Shown one piece after another: positions 30,517 to 40,878 of a DNA stretch of 64,000 nt; within the stretch, counting starts at the first letter, position 1, and the number at the start of each line of letters is the position of its first letter. Below the pieces are notes generated by a model. That model made no database searches, was not told where the DNA came from, and saw only the letters and a list, made by a program, of their open reading frames with translations. Source of the stretch: Candidatus Bathyarchaeota archaeon (GTDB lineage: Archaea > Thermoproteota > Bathyarchaeia > Bathyarchaeales > Bathycorpusculaceae); contig OY970176.1 of NCBI GenBank assembly GCA_963707955.1, forward strand, positions 448,001 to 512,000, written 5' to 3'. Position numbers and translations under genes: made by a program.

Positions 30517-32547
30517 CTATGGCGGTGCTACTATTGCGAAAGTCGTGTCTGCTTCTGGACAGTACGGCACTCCGCCGAAGATTGGATAGTTGCTGAAAGC
30601 GTCAGCGTAAGCCGTTCCTTGTCCAACAACCGCGTTTGTAGTCAAGGGTATTACGAATTCATCTGTCCACACGTTGGGTACGTTCCAGGTTCCTGTCACC
30701 GGTATCAGCTTAGATATCTCTGCATGGCCTATGAAGAATCCTAGATTATCAAAGGCGCTCACGGTTTCAAGCACTGTGATATTGTAGTATACGGTCACGT
30801 TGTATACTTCCAGGGGGCTCACGCCTTCGCCTCCGTAGGCGAGCGGCGGGTAGGTATTCTGCATCTGGTACGTCTCGTACGTCACCGTGAATTTCATAGC
30901 GGGCTCTGTACCTGGGCCGTACTTGCTCTGCACGTATGTATCGTTCGATACGATGCTCAGTATAGAGACTGGGTATTGTACCTCGAATTGCATTATGTCC
31001 ATGACTTCCCCTTGAGCTATTTCCGTAGTTGCATACGCGGTCCAGATGCCCAGAACTTGTTGTGGGTCAACGCATGGCCATGGAATTCTATAGCAAACCA
31101 TTGCTATACCGTTAGAATCCGAAAACGCGCTCAGGAAAATGGGCCCGTCTAATTCTGTTGCAGTTGCAGGTGGCACTATTTCGAAGCCCACCGGTTTCTG
31201 TTGCACAGGGAAGCCGTTGTAGGTCACGTTGGCGTAAAGACACACTTCTGCTTGTGGTGCGAACGCGTCGCTCGGTCTGGCCGGTCCTTGTCCACCGTAC
31301 GGCGATGGATACTGGTCGTACAGGTCTACCGCCCTGCCCGTTACTATCTGAGGAGCAGTGTACGAGCCGTCTATCTGTGGTGCGATGTTGATTGGTTGGT
31401 CAAAGGCGTTGTAACATTCCATGTCGTGAAGTGTGAGCGGTATGGTGAGTATTGCTGGGAATAGTGTGCCGATGGCTGCTTGGAACTCGAATGTGTAGAG
31501 TACGCCTCCTCCGCTTGGAAACGGTGCATACCATAGCCCACCAGTGCCGGGCACTATTGCCTCGAACGCCAACCACTTGTTGTAGCCAGGTCCAGGCAAT
31601 GAAAAGTCAGCTGGATAATAGAAGTCGTCTTCAGCAGCGTTGATGGCTGTTTCGCCGTTGGTTAAGAACCCGTTTATCCATGTTCCAGGGAAGGATGCTA
31701 TGGGCGTAATGACCGACTGGTTGAACCATAGGCTAAACTGGAAGCCGATGATCGACCATGCTGCACTTACATTGCCGACATACACGCTTATGTTAAAGAG
31801 TTGGCCAACCGTTAGAGCCGCGTACGTCGATGGTACAACGTAGAAGTACGGATAGGTTGTTGGTGCAATCCAGTCAAACTCGAAGTAGCCCGTTCCCATG
31901 TTGTTCGCTGGCCCTTCCGATCCCGATGGATAGAAGTATAGACTTGTCCAAGCTGGGTCGAACGAGAATGCTGCACTTATGTTGTTGTTCACGATGGTCG
32001 CTTGCGGTATTATGCTGAACTCTATTTGACCCAGTACGCCTGTACCGTTGAAGGTCCAAGCAGGCGTAGGTTGCGTGTACGAGGCACCCCACTGTACTTC
32101 CTGATGATTAGCATCTACAGGTGCAATTACTGGCGAAGGCGCTATGAGGCTTCCACCAGCGGCTACTGCACCAGCAAATACGTGGTCAGCTGGGAACCAG
32201 GCGTTTACGTACTGTAGGGTGGCGTTGTTGTATACGAGGCCGATGCCCCAACCGAAGAGGTTCGAAATGCCGCCTGCCTGCACAGGGTTTCCAACGGTAA
32301 TGTTCAGGAAGAACGTGTTGCCCGCGCTTGTGTCCGTAGTGGTGAAAATGAAGTTGCTAGTGCCCTGGTTTGCTACATCTGGCCCTGCATTCCATCTTGA
32401 AGGATATGATGCAGGTCCCGGGTTGACGATATCGATGTAATCGTTTGCCTCTGGCTGAGCCTTTACGAAGTGGACGCTTGCTAACATTGACATCATAAGT
32501 ATGGCAAGAACTGCTGTAGTTAACACTTTTAATGCTGCTTTATTCAT
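30517..32547 (-). CDS. Secreted protein: 2 cohesin-like domains + conserved C-terminal module; S-layer/scaffold candidate
   Basis: Signal peptide; LFGWGIGLVYNNATL and IIGFQFSLWFNQSVI cohesin patterns; C-terminal module shared with the 33307 gene; no anchor. Confidence 0.85.
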   Translation of the reverse strand: MNKAALKVLTTAVLAILMMSMLASVHFVKAQPEANDYIDIVNPGPASYPSRWNAGPDVANQGTSNFIFTTTDTSAGNTFFLNITVGNPVQAGGISNLFGWGIGLVYNNATLQYVNAWFPADHVFAGAVAAGGSLIAPSPVIAPVDANHQEVQWGASYTQPTPAWTFNGTGVLGQIEFSIIPQATIVNNNISAAFSFDPAWTSLYFYPSGSEGPANNMGTGYFEFDWIAPTTYPYFYVVPSTYAALTVGQLFNISVYVGNVSAAWSIIGFQFSLWFNQSVITPIASFPGTWINGFLTNGETAINAAEDDFYYPADFSLPGPGYNKWLAFEAIVPGTGGLWYAPFPSGGGVLYTFEFQAAIGTLFPAILTIPLTLHDMECYNAFDQPINIAPQIDGSYTAPQIVTGRAVDLYDQYPSPYGGQGPARPSDAFAPQAEVCLYANVTYNGFPVQQKPVGFEIVPPATATELDGPIFLSAFSDSNGIAMVCYRIPWPCVDPQQVLGIWTAYATTEIAQGEVMDIMQFEVQYPVSILSIVSNDTYVQSKYGPGTEPAMKFTVTYETYQMQNTYPPLAYGGEGVSPLEVYNVTVYYNITVLETVSAFDNLGFFIGHAEISKLIPVTGTWNVPNVWTDEFVIPLTTNAVVGQGTAYADAFSNYPIFGGVPYCPEADTTFAIVAPP

Positions 32548-32570
32548 TTTTCTTCTCCCTTCTCCTTTTA

Positions 32571-32614
32571 TCAGCAATACCTAGTTCTCGCCTTTGGATT
32601 TAAGTATTACGGAA
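32571..32614 (-). promoter_or_regulatory. Promoter/leader conserved with 48133-48177
   Basis: TTCCGTAA...TTAAAT...GGCGAGAACTAGGTATTGCTGA versus TTCCATAA...TTAAAT...GGCGTGAAGTAGTATTTGCTGA. Confidence 0.65.
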
Positions 32615-32757
32615 TTATCTTCTATCCACAAAAAGAACGCGAAAGAGGCGGATCTTCTTCGTCTCCATCGACGAAATTTAACGTTGAGAGTGCAGAAGGC
32701 GACATCTTCCAGCGTGTCAACTGTTTTTCATGATTCTTCTATAATCTCCGGTAGACT

Positions 32758-33102
32758 TTAAAATATGCACTTAGACGCAGTTTCTGCAGGATTCCATTCG
32801 GCTAAGCCGCAAATTAAAGCATCAATTATCATCAATTCAAGCCCATGAACTGACAACGGATAGATCAAGTCGCCGATCAACTGAGCTAATCCTTTGAGTA
32901 TTGCCTTAGGCGCTTCCTCTTTCCAGAAAGGATTACCAGAGTTTTCCGCAAAAAGAGGGGGGAACCCTGGTTCTCCGATATCAGCTATAGCAACATTGAG
33001 GGAGATAGCAAGGGCGCTGAAAACCGCAACATTATGTGCTCCAGATAGGCCCTTTGGGAAGGAGTAGTCGAACGCTGCACTTATGAAGGAACCCACGTCC
33101 AA
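32758..33102 (-). CDS. Doubtful hypothetical ORF
   Basis: The only sizeable ORF in a ~750-nt gap; no recognisable motif. Confidence 0.3.
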   Translation of the reverse strand: MDVGSFISAAFDYSFPKGLSGAHNVAVFSALAISLNVAIADIGEPGFPPLFAENSGNPFWKEEAPKAILKGLAQLIGDLIYPLSVHGLELMIIDALICGLAEWNPAETASKCIF

Positions 33103-33306
33103 TAGTTGGTCGGCAACATCGCGTGGTTAAAATGCCTCCGTGACTTGCAGGGTTAACACAGTGCTCCTTCATGTCTGATAGCCCGTGTTTCGTCTAATGC
33201 AACATGTCGATCATAGAAATATAGAAGAATTCTCCATACCGCCTAAATAAGCCGCAATTTCTCTTGTTTAAGGGGATAAGGAGAAAGCGCGCTACATTGA
33301 AGAGCG

Positions 33307-34683
33307 ATGGGAAGCGCGCTGATCCACCACGTGGTGAGGATGAGAATTAGGCTTCGATGGGCGGCTGCCCGAGCGCGGGCGCAAGCTACGATTTTGTTAG
33401 TCTTGGCAGTGTCAATCATTTTGATTTGCTCGCAGTTTCCAAGCTTGGTGCATGGTTCTGCCGCCGCAGAAACTGGCGCAGCCATTGATCTCTACACGAA
33501 TAAGACGCCCTTCAACGGCATGGGCGCAAACCAGTCTAGTGACGCTTTTGAACCTCAAGAACTGGTAGTTTTCTATGCACTTGCAACATACAACGGTTAT
33601 CCTGTGCAGCAGAAAGGCGTAGCCTTTGAGGTTAGTGGTCCACCAAATCCTTTCATAAACATCACGATCATAGGCACAGGAACGACTGACGAAAATGGAA
33701 CAGCAACATACTCATTCAGAATACCTTGGCCCTCTGAAATTCCCGAGGATGCAATCTTTGGGGAATGGAGTGCCATAGCCACTGTCAGCATCGGAGACCA
33801 AGTTGCAGTGGATAGTTTGACCTTTCGGGTCGGCTGGATAATCCAAATAACTGCGATTGCAACCTTGAACTCTCTGCTGCAGCCTCAATCAGTGTTCGCG
33901 CCGGAGAACCCGATAGTGTTTAACCTGACGGTAGAAAACATCGCAATGACACCAAAATATGCAACGATAACGATCGATGTGCAAGACGCGGGGCACCATC
34001 CAATAGTTCACATAGAAGTGGAAGACATGCTTTTCCAACCAGGAAGAAATAACTTGCGAGCAGCCTCACAGATTCCGATTTCTGCAGACATTGGTCTCGC
34101 AAACGTTTCAGCTGCCCCGTTCACGGCGCCCCCAGAAAGCGGAGGAGAGCTTTACAGTCCAGCCATATACACAACGTTTCAAATCGCCGCTGTAGACATT
34201 GCTGTAACAGACATCAAGTTGTCTAGCACGTCGGTTTTCGTCGGCGATACGCTTGGAATCGATGTCACTGTGGTCAACGAGAGCAACGAGTCGGCAGCAT
34301 TTGATCTGAGCACATATTACAATTCATCCGTCATTGAAACACGCCATGGTATTGAGGTAGAACCTTTCGCGCAAGAGACGTTCGCTTTCACTTGGAACAC
34401 GACCCAAGCTAACCCAGGCTTCTACCAGATAAGTGCCTCCGCGCCTCTTCCCAAAGACCCGACGCCTTGGGACAACACTCTCGTCGATGGAACAGTGCAA
34501 GTCAAGGCAGTGATGCCTCCGCCACATTTCCCAACATCTCAATGGCTGGTTTTCTCGATAATAGTCGGATTAGCAGTGGTTGCAGGTCTGATTATGCTGT
34601 TCCTCATCGTCTGCCTAGACAGGACCAGCAGAAGAAAGCGTCCGCGCCCAACCTACACTGTCATAGTGCGCCCCCACATTTAG
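33307..34683 (+). CDS. Membrane-anchored surface protein: module shared with 30517 gene + CARDB-like domain + C-terminal TM
   Basis: GAAIDLYT...SDAFEPQELV..YA..TYNGYPVQQK.VAFEV...RIPWP matches the 30517 protein; DIAVTDI CARDB start; TM + RRKR. Start may be 33340. Confidence 0.85.
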   Translation: MGSALIHHVVRMRIRLRWAAARARAQATILLVLAVSIILICSQFPSLVHGSAAAETGAAIDLYTNKTPFNGMGANQSSDAFEPQELVVFYALATYNGYPVQQKGVAFEVSGPPNPFINITIIGTGTTDENGTATYSFRIPWPSEIPEDAIFGEWSAIATVSIGDQVAVDSLTFRVGWIIQITAIATLNSLLQPQSVFAPENPIVFNLTVENIAMTPKYATITIDVQDAGHHPIVHIEVEDMLFQPGRNNLRAASQIPISADIGLANVSAAPFTAPPESGGELYSPAIYTTFQIAAVDIAVTDIKLSSTSVFVGDTLGIDVTVVNESNESAAFDLSTYYNSSVIETRHGIEVEPFAQETFAFTWNTTQANPGFYQISASAPLPKDPTPWDNTLVDGTVQVKAVMPPPHFPTSQWLVFSIIVGLAVVAGLIMLFLIVCLDRTSRRKRPRPTYTVIVRPHI

Positions 34684-34888
34684 ATGGTTTTGCCTGAAGG
34701 AGACCAAGCACAGATCTCATGATCTTTACAGATGAATTTTCAATCAGCGTAGCGAAATCTCAATTTGAAGAGTCGATAATCAAATGGCGGACTTCTTCAA
34801 ATTTGCATTAGAATATGAGTGTGCGTGTTTCCGCACTGTGTAAGCACGCTTGTCTTCGATTTTTCTAGCCGAAGTCGTGTGTAGAGAC

Positions 34889-35140
34889 TTATTCGATAAA
34901 CCTCATCGATACGATGTTGTTCCAGACGCCCGTCGTTTTCAAGTATTTTCCCACGTATTCCTGAATCTGATAATCCGTGACTCTTCTCCCAACGATTACC
35001 GAACTCAAGTCAGGTTTGGGTCGGCTTCTGAATTTGGGTTTTATCTCTTCGCTGGGCACGTTCGGCTTCTTGATTACTTTTATTCGAAACCTCTCGTAGC
35101 CATGCTGGGGGCAGTGCGTCTCTATAAGCAGGGATACCAT
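34889..35140 (-). CDS. Small basic CPxHG-motif protein, paralog of 49584-49838
   Basis: CPQHGYERFRIKVIKK.NV...I.PKFR...IVSMR aligns end to end with the paralog; GAGGGG RBS. Confidence 0.8.
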   Translation of the reverse strand: MVSLLIETHCPQHGYERFRIKVIKKPNVPSEEIKPKFRSRPKPDLSSVIVGRRVTDYQIQEYVGKYLKTTGVWNNIVSMRFIE

Positions 35141-35230
35141 CAGACTTCCTTCCCCCTCGTAGTATTTGTTAGATTGTGACCAAAATAAAAGGTTGTTGGT
35201 GGAAAAGTCTAAATATAAATTAGTCGAGAC

Positions 35231-35458
35231 TTGTGTTGGGTGGCTGAAATAAGCATCAGTTTGAAAACAATTCTGCTTATGGCAGTGGCGCTTTTCTTGA
35301 TAATCACTCTGCCCTTCTTAATCGTTTTGGGACTGTTTCTTCTGCCTGTTCCGGTTGCGATTTTGGCGGTGGTTATCATCGTGGTTGTCTGGTTTTATAG
35401 AATGAGAAAACGCGCTTCCACACCTGAAAAAGCAGATGACGAATTGCCCAACGCATAA
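35231..35458 (+). CDS. Small 2-TM membrane protein
   Basis: Long hydrophobic stretch followed by RMRKR. Confidence 0.6.
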   Translation: MCWVAEISISLKTILLMAVALFLIITLPFLIVLGLFLLPVPVAILAVVIIVVVWFYRMRKRASTPEKADDELPNA

Positions 35459-35516
35459 ACTGCTCAGCAGACAGAAAGGATAAGTGCAGGTTTACGTACG
35501 TACTTTTCAGGTGAAG

Positions 35517-36200
35517 ATGTTGAAAAAGACAGTAACCACCGCTGTCGTTGCCGTTGGTTTGATACTTATCATAGGTGCAATTGCCTTGCTCGCCGCTTCA
35601 CAGATTACCGTCTTGAAAAACACTCAAAGGAAATCCGTTTTCACGTGGGACATAAGTGAACCTTTCAAAGCGGGCGAAACGTTGATACTGGAAATCAAGG
35701 CTGGAGGTGACTGGGGAAGTTTTTTTGCACAAGGGGCAGGTGAAGTTTATCCTGTCCAGCTATATGCTACCCTTCAGGCGAGCAGCGGAGGAGAAGCGAC
35801 TTTCTCTTGTTGGTACTATTCTTCAACGCTAACTTCGACAGGAGCGTTGGGAAGTCCTATTTTATCTCCGATTAACGCAACCGTGACAGAAAATAACGCT
35901 TCAGAATCTCTGGAACCCGTGTCAAACGCCAATGGAGAAGTCACTTGTCTCGTGAAAACAGACGTGAATGTGACGGCAAGCTTGGACAAAACTTCAGTCT
36001 ACGATAATTTCGGTTCCTTAACCCAAAGGGGGTCCCCTATTTCCGCGCCACAATTGACATTGTTGACAGACGTTCCCGCGTATCCTTACCCTTACCTTTT
36101 TGTCCCTGGGCTTTTCTTGGTCTCGGCTGGTCTATTGGTGCTTGCCTATGGGGTTTATGCAACCTCCAGAGGCGGCAAAAGGAGAAAAGTCAGAAGATAG
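35517..36200 (+). CDS. Hypothetical protein with N- and C-terminal TM helices
   Basis: TM - extracellular beta-rich domain - TM - KRRKVRR. Confidence 0.75.
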   Translation: MLKKTVTTAVVAVGLILIIGAIALLAASQITVLKNTQRKSVFTWDISEPFKAGETLILEIKAGGDWGSFFAQGAGEVYPVQLYATLQASSGGEATFSCWYYSSTLTSTGALGSPILSPINATVTENNASESLEPVSNANGEVTCLVKTDVNVTASLDKTSVYDNFGSLTQRGSPISAPQLTLLTDVPAYPYPYLFVPGLFLVSAGLLVLAYGVYATSRGGKRRKVRR

Positions 36201-36580
36201 GCGCGCGCTACTGGCAAACATCTCAAAGACCTACAGGCGGTGACGCTGAAAGAGGTCCACAAGTTGATCCTTTAGTATCAAGCCGAGAAACCGTAAGAGC
36301 GCGCGTTAGAAAAGGCGATTAAGGATTTGCGAAGGCAGCAGACTAGTGTTCATTCTCTTTTTTTCTCTGAAACGTGGCGTGCGCAACTCTGTGTCTGAGA
36401 AACTGCTGGAGATTCGATTGACTCACGCGTGCAAACGGAACTTGTTCGTTTGCACACGAGGAACGTGAATCGACGTAAAAACGTGAACGCCAGATTATAT
36501 TGGACGCAACTGGGTTCATTTGTCGTCCACTCAAAAATCTTTGCGCAAGCGTTTTATCGTATACTAAAGTATTATGAACT

Positions 36581-39239
36581 GTGAGATGGAAATTGTTCAG
36601 GGATTTGCCTTCAGCAATCCTGCTGACGCTCCTGCTGACGCAGGGGATGATTTGGGCCTCTGCGGCTGGAACGTTCAATCTTCAGGGCCAAGGTCCTGTG
36701 TCCGTGCTGATGATTAACCCTCTATCTGGTGACGGCAATTTTGATTTTAGCTCTGCCGATTATCCTGTTAGCAGCAATTTCACAGTGGAGTTCTACATAA
36801 CAGAAGTCATGAACCTTTCCGCATGGCAGATCTACGTTTCATGGAATAACAGTATAATCCATTTTGGCGCGGCTTGGATACCGGAGCAGAACGTGTTCCA
36901 AGAAGCAATTAACAATGGGGCAACGCCGCTTGAGGCACAAGATCTTGAAATCAACAAGAGCTCCAACGTTGGATATTTTCTCTATGGTATGACCACGCTT
37001 TACATGCCGGACGTTTCCCACACGTACCCGGTGAACGTTACAGGTCAGGGATTGTTAGGCAGCATAAACTTCACAGTCGCCGTTGCTCCAGAAGAAGCCG
37101 AAGACCTAACGACGAACCTCGAAATGATAGAACAAACAACCGACGCCCCGCTTGGTTACTTCATGTCGTTCATACAGCTTTGCGAGGATGGAGCCGTCAC
37201 TTCGCCTATCGGAGTATCAGCTCAGCCAGCAGATATAACGATATATGGACCCGCCCCGACCATCCACATAAGAGACTGCAGGAAACGTTGACCCAGAGAC
37301 AGCGCCTATAACGCGCAACGGAGGTACTTACACCTTTACTGGAAACATCTCAAACATAATCACCGTGGAAAGAGATGACATCGTCCTTGACGGAGCGGGT
37401 CACACTCTTCAGGGCACAGGAAATGAAACAGGAATAAGCCTGACATCTAGAAGCAACGTTACTATCAATAACCTGCAAATCACGGGATTCAGCATTGGCA
37501 TACTTCTAAATTCTTCCAACACTGTCATAATTTCAGAAAACAACATAACAAACAACGATGGAGGAGTTAATCTTTTCAACTCTTCCGATAACAGTCTATC
37601 CTTGAACACTTTGTCAAACAACGAATATGGCGCTATGCTCGATTCCTCCTCATGTAATAACACCGTATGCGAGAACAACATAGCAAGAAACGGCCAGTGG
37701 GGCGTAGGCCTATGGTCCCAGTCCAACTGTAACAGCCTGCTTCAGAACACCATCGCAGACAACGGGTACGGCATCTGGCTGTGGAGCTCCTCCGACAATA
37801 ATACCATATCCGGAAACAGCATAACAGCAAACGGCGAAGGAGGCATCTGGCTGTGGATCTCGTCAAGCTACAACATCATCGTTGGAAACGACATAACAGC
37901 AAACAACTGGTACGGAATAGGCTTATGGTCCCAGTCCAACTGTAACAGCCTGCTTCAGAACACCATCGCAGACAACGCGTACGGCATAGAATTTTGGGAC
38001 CAGTCCTCAAGCAACGCGGTCTACCACAATAACTTTGTAGCAAACCAGAAACAGGTTCAGATTTTTAACTCCAGTAACCTGTTCGACAACGGGTATCCAT
38101 CAGGGGGAAACTACTGGAGCGATTATGTGGGCAACGACAGCCAGTATGGACCGGCACAAAACATTAGCGGTAGTGATGGAATAGGGGACACGCCACACCT
38201 GATGAGCGAAAGCAACGCTGATCATTATCCCTTAATGGCTGAATTCTTGGCCTTCAGCACTTCATCGGGATGCGACGTGGAAGCAATTTCCAACTCGACA
38301 ATACTGGATTTTCAGTATTTTAGCAGAAATAGCACCATCAGCATTCAAGTCTCAAACGCGACCAATGATCAAACTTACGGCTTTTGCAGACTTGGAATTC
38401 CGCGTTCAGTCCTGGTCCCACCTTACACAGTAACTGTCAGCGACAGCCCAGTGCAGTACGCCACCTTGTTGCAGAACGAGTCTTTCAGCCTAATTTACTT
38501 CACTTACCAACAGACGACACACGAGATCACAATACAAGGACAGGACATCACGCCGCCGACGATACTGATCTTACAACCCGAAAACAAGACGTACTCGGTG
38601 AACAGTACATCCTTAACCTTCACGGTTGACAAGCCGACTTCATGGATAGGCTACAGCTTCGACGGCCGAGCAAACGTGACCATCAACGGAAACGCCACTC
38701 TCGCGGACGTTAAAGATGGATTCCATGATATAATTCTCTACGCGAACAGCACAGCGGGCATCACGGGCTGGTCAAACATCACGTGGTTCGCAGTGGATAC
38801 GACCCCTCCAACAATCACTGACGTATACCAAGATCCACCTTCAAACGACGTGTCACCCAAAGACACCGTAAGGATCAACGTAACAGTCAACGACGGCGTA
38901 AGCGGCGTAAAGCAGGTCATTTTGAGCTACGCTACAAACAGCGGAACATGGGTTTCAGTCAACGCCACAAACCTGGGACAAAACATCTTCAACGCAGCCT
39001 TACCGCCATTCCCATCCGGCACGAATGTCACGTACATGGTGACAGCCATCGACAACGTCAACAACACAATCTCAACCCAGCAAATGGGTTACGAATATCA
39101 ATATCACGTAATCCCAGAACTTCCAACAATGCTGACTCTGTTCCTCCTCATGGCTTCAACCCTGTTTGCAACAATAGTCTACAAAAGAACAAGAATCAGA
39201 CAAATCAAAAAACACTGTCTCGTCCTCATCAGAGAGTGA
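36581..39239 (+). CDS. Cohesin-like + NosD-like beta-helix + Ig-like domains + PEF-CTERM-like anchor (IPEL); +1 frameshift at ~37271
   Basis: ORFs 36581-37291 and 37365-39239 join when one A is removed (TIHIETAGNVDPETAPITRNG...VERDDIVLDG); NLSAWQIYVSWNNSII cohesin pattern; GYPSGGNYWSDY; VIPELP-TM-KR. Confidence 0.82.
37711..37764 (+). repeat. 54-nt exact repeat, second copy at 37924-37977
   Basis: Encodes LWSQSNCNSLLQNTIADN twice within the beta-helix. Confidence 0.9.
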
Positions 39240-39588
39240 AAAGGGCCTCGCTCAGTTGCCAACAGCGTAAAGATGCGCTTTGTCCATAAATGACTCTGAA
39301 AAGCGCGCGCCTCTACGTCTTTAACCGCAATTTGCCATCCGAGCCTTGGAACCGATTCATCTAACCGCCAACAGCACAAACCATTTTAGGAATCGAGGTC
39401 AGAACCGAAAATTCGGTCCACTTTTCTTCCAGCATCTTCAAAGCAAAATGAGAGTTGAGTAAAACCAAAAAAGTTTTTCATGCACTTCCAAGAGCGCTTC
39501 ACGTCATAGCTTCAGGAACAAGCATGCGCGCTCTGGTTTCCGCAAGGGTTATTTTAGAGTAAGGCATCTACAATTGTGAGAGAGAAAA

Positions 39589-40362
39589 TTGCTTAAGAAG
39601 ACAAGCTTTGGATTGTCGTCGGTGATGCTGTTAGCGATCGTGTCAGCAATGGTGCTTTCGGCTGCTTTCCATGCTGTGCCGGTGGAGGCACAAACATCGG
39701 CTGTTACTGGAGAAATTGTGAATCCACTCCTTGAAACCAATGATTTTGCTTTCAATTCGAGTGTTTATCCTTTTAACAGCACTTTTACTGTGGATTTCTA
39801 CGTTGCCAACGTGAGCAACATGGTGGCTTGGCAGATTTACATATCTTGGAACAACACCATGATCAATTATGACACAATTTGGATACCGGGGGTAAACTCT
39901 CCTGGAACCAACGTGTTCACACAAGCGTTTAATAACGGTGCAACGCCCATTCCGGCAGGTCCCAACGTTGCATTTGACACCACTACGAACACTGGGTACC
40001 TGTTTTATGGCCTAGCGAACTACTACCAGCCAGCTAATAATCACATGGTTGCTGTGAACGTAGAGGGCTTAGGGTTGTTATGCAGCGTGAACTTCACGAT
40101 TCAAGTAAATGTTGCAAGGGCCAACATTTTGCATGGGACGATAAATAATTTGGACTCAAGTTCGGGGCTGTCGACCTATTCTGCAGTATTTAATGCGAGC
40201 GATTATGAAACACAGATTTCAGCGGAGCCAGCGACATTGGAAATCTACGGGTCGGAGGCCTTAATCCTTGAATTTACACCTTGGATGGTCATGCCCTTTT
40301 TCATTGTGGCAACGCTGTTGGCAGTGTTGCTTCACCGAAGAAAGAATAGGTGGCCAAAATAA
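39589..40362 (+). CDS. Single cohesin-like domain with PEF-CTERM-like anchor (ILEF)
   Basis: Signal peptide; STFTVDFYVANVSNMVAWQIYISWNNTMI; LILEFTP-TM-RRK. Confidence 0.82.
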   Translation: MLKKTSFGLSSVMLLAIVSAMVLSAAFHAVPVEAQTSAVTGEIVNPLLETNDFAFNSSVYPFNSTFTVDFYVANVSNMVAWQIYISWNNTMINYDTIWIPGVNSPGTNVFTQAFNNGATPIPAGPNVAFDTTTNTGYLFYGLANYYQPANNHMVAVNVEGLGLLCSVNFTIQVNVARANILHGTINNLDSSSGLSTYSAVFNASDYETQISAEPATLEIYGSEALILEFTPWMVMPFFIVATLLAVLLHRRKNRWPK

Positions 40363-40878
40363 AACCGTATGTGACCGCGCGGTCAGTTCCTACGTATTTT
40401 TTTCTTGTACGTGCCCAGTGCTTTTTCCAAGGCGTTCAGGGTATGCAAATTAGTCGCATTTGACTTTCCTACTCGGTTACTGGCGCACTGTACCTCCAAC
40501 TGTTTTGAGGAGAGGACTAGTTTTCCGAGAGTTTTTACGCAGTCTTCTTTCGTTTGCGTTTTGAATTTTGCAATGAATGCGTCTGCGATGGATTCTATCA
40601 ACCGTCAAGAAAAAGACGGTTTTGAAGCTTAAGAGCGCATCCCCGTTCCTAAATTCTTCTTTCTAGCTGCATCAGGTTCGAACACATCCTCAAAATGGCC
40701 CTGCCATCTCCAGACGCGCCCTCACTTTGGTGAAAACTTTTATACATTCACTCAACATGGCTTCCCGTATCCTGCATTGGTAATCATCCAAAACACCGCA
40801 GAGCTGGAGCGCAAACCAAGCGGAAACGAATTTAAGAACAAGCCAATGAGCTACAAGACTGTGGGTAGCTAGTAACCG

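Noticed and set aside
22885-40362. A true cellulosome
   Set aside because: No glycoside hydrolase or other clear catalytic module is recognisable on any dockerin-bearing protein here.
40383-40632. 72-75 aa ORFs and an AACCGTC/GACGGTT hairpin
   Set aside because: No convincing start signals or motifs, so not enough support to call a gene or element.
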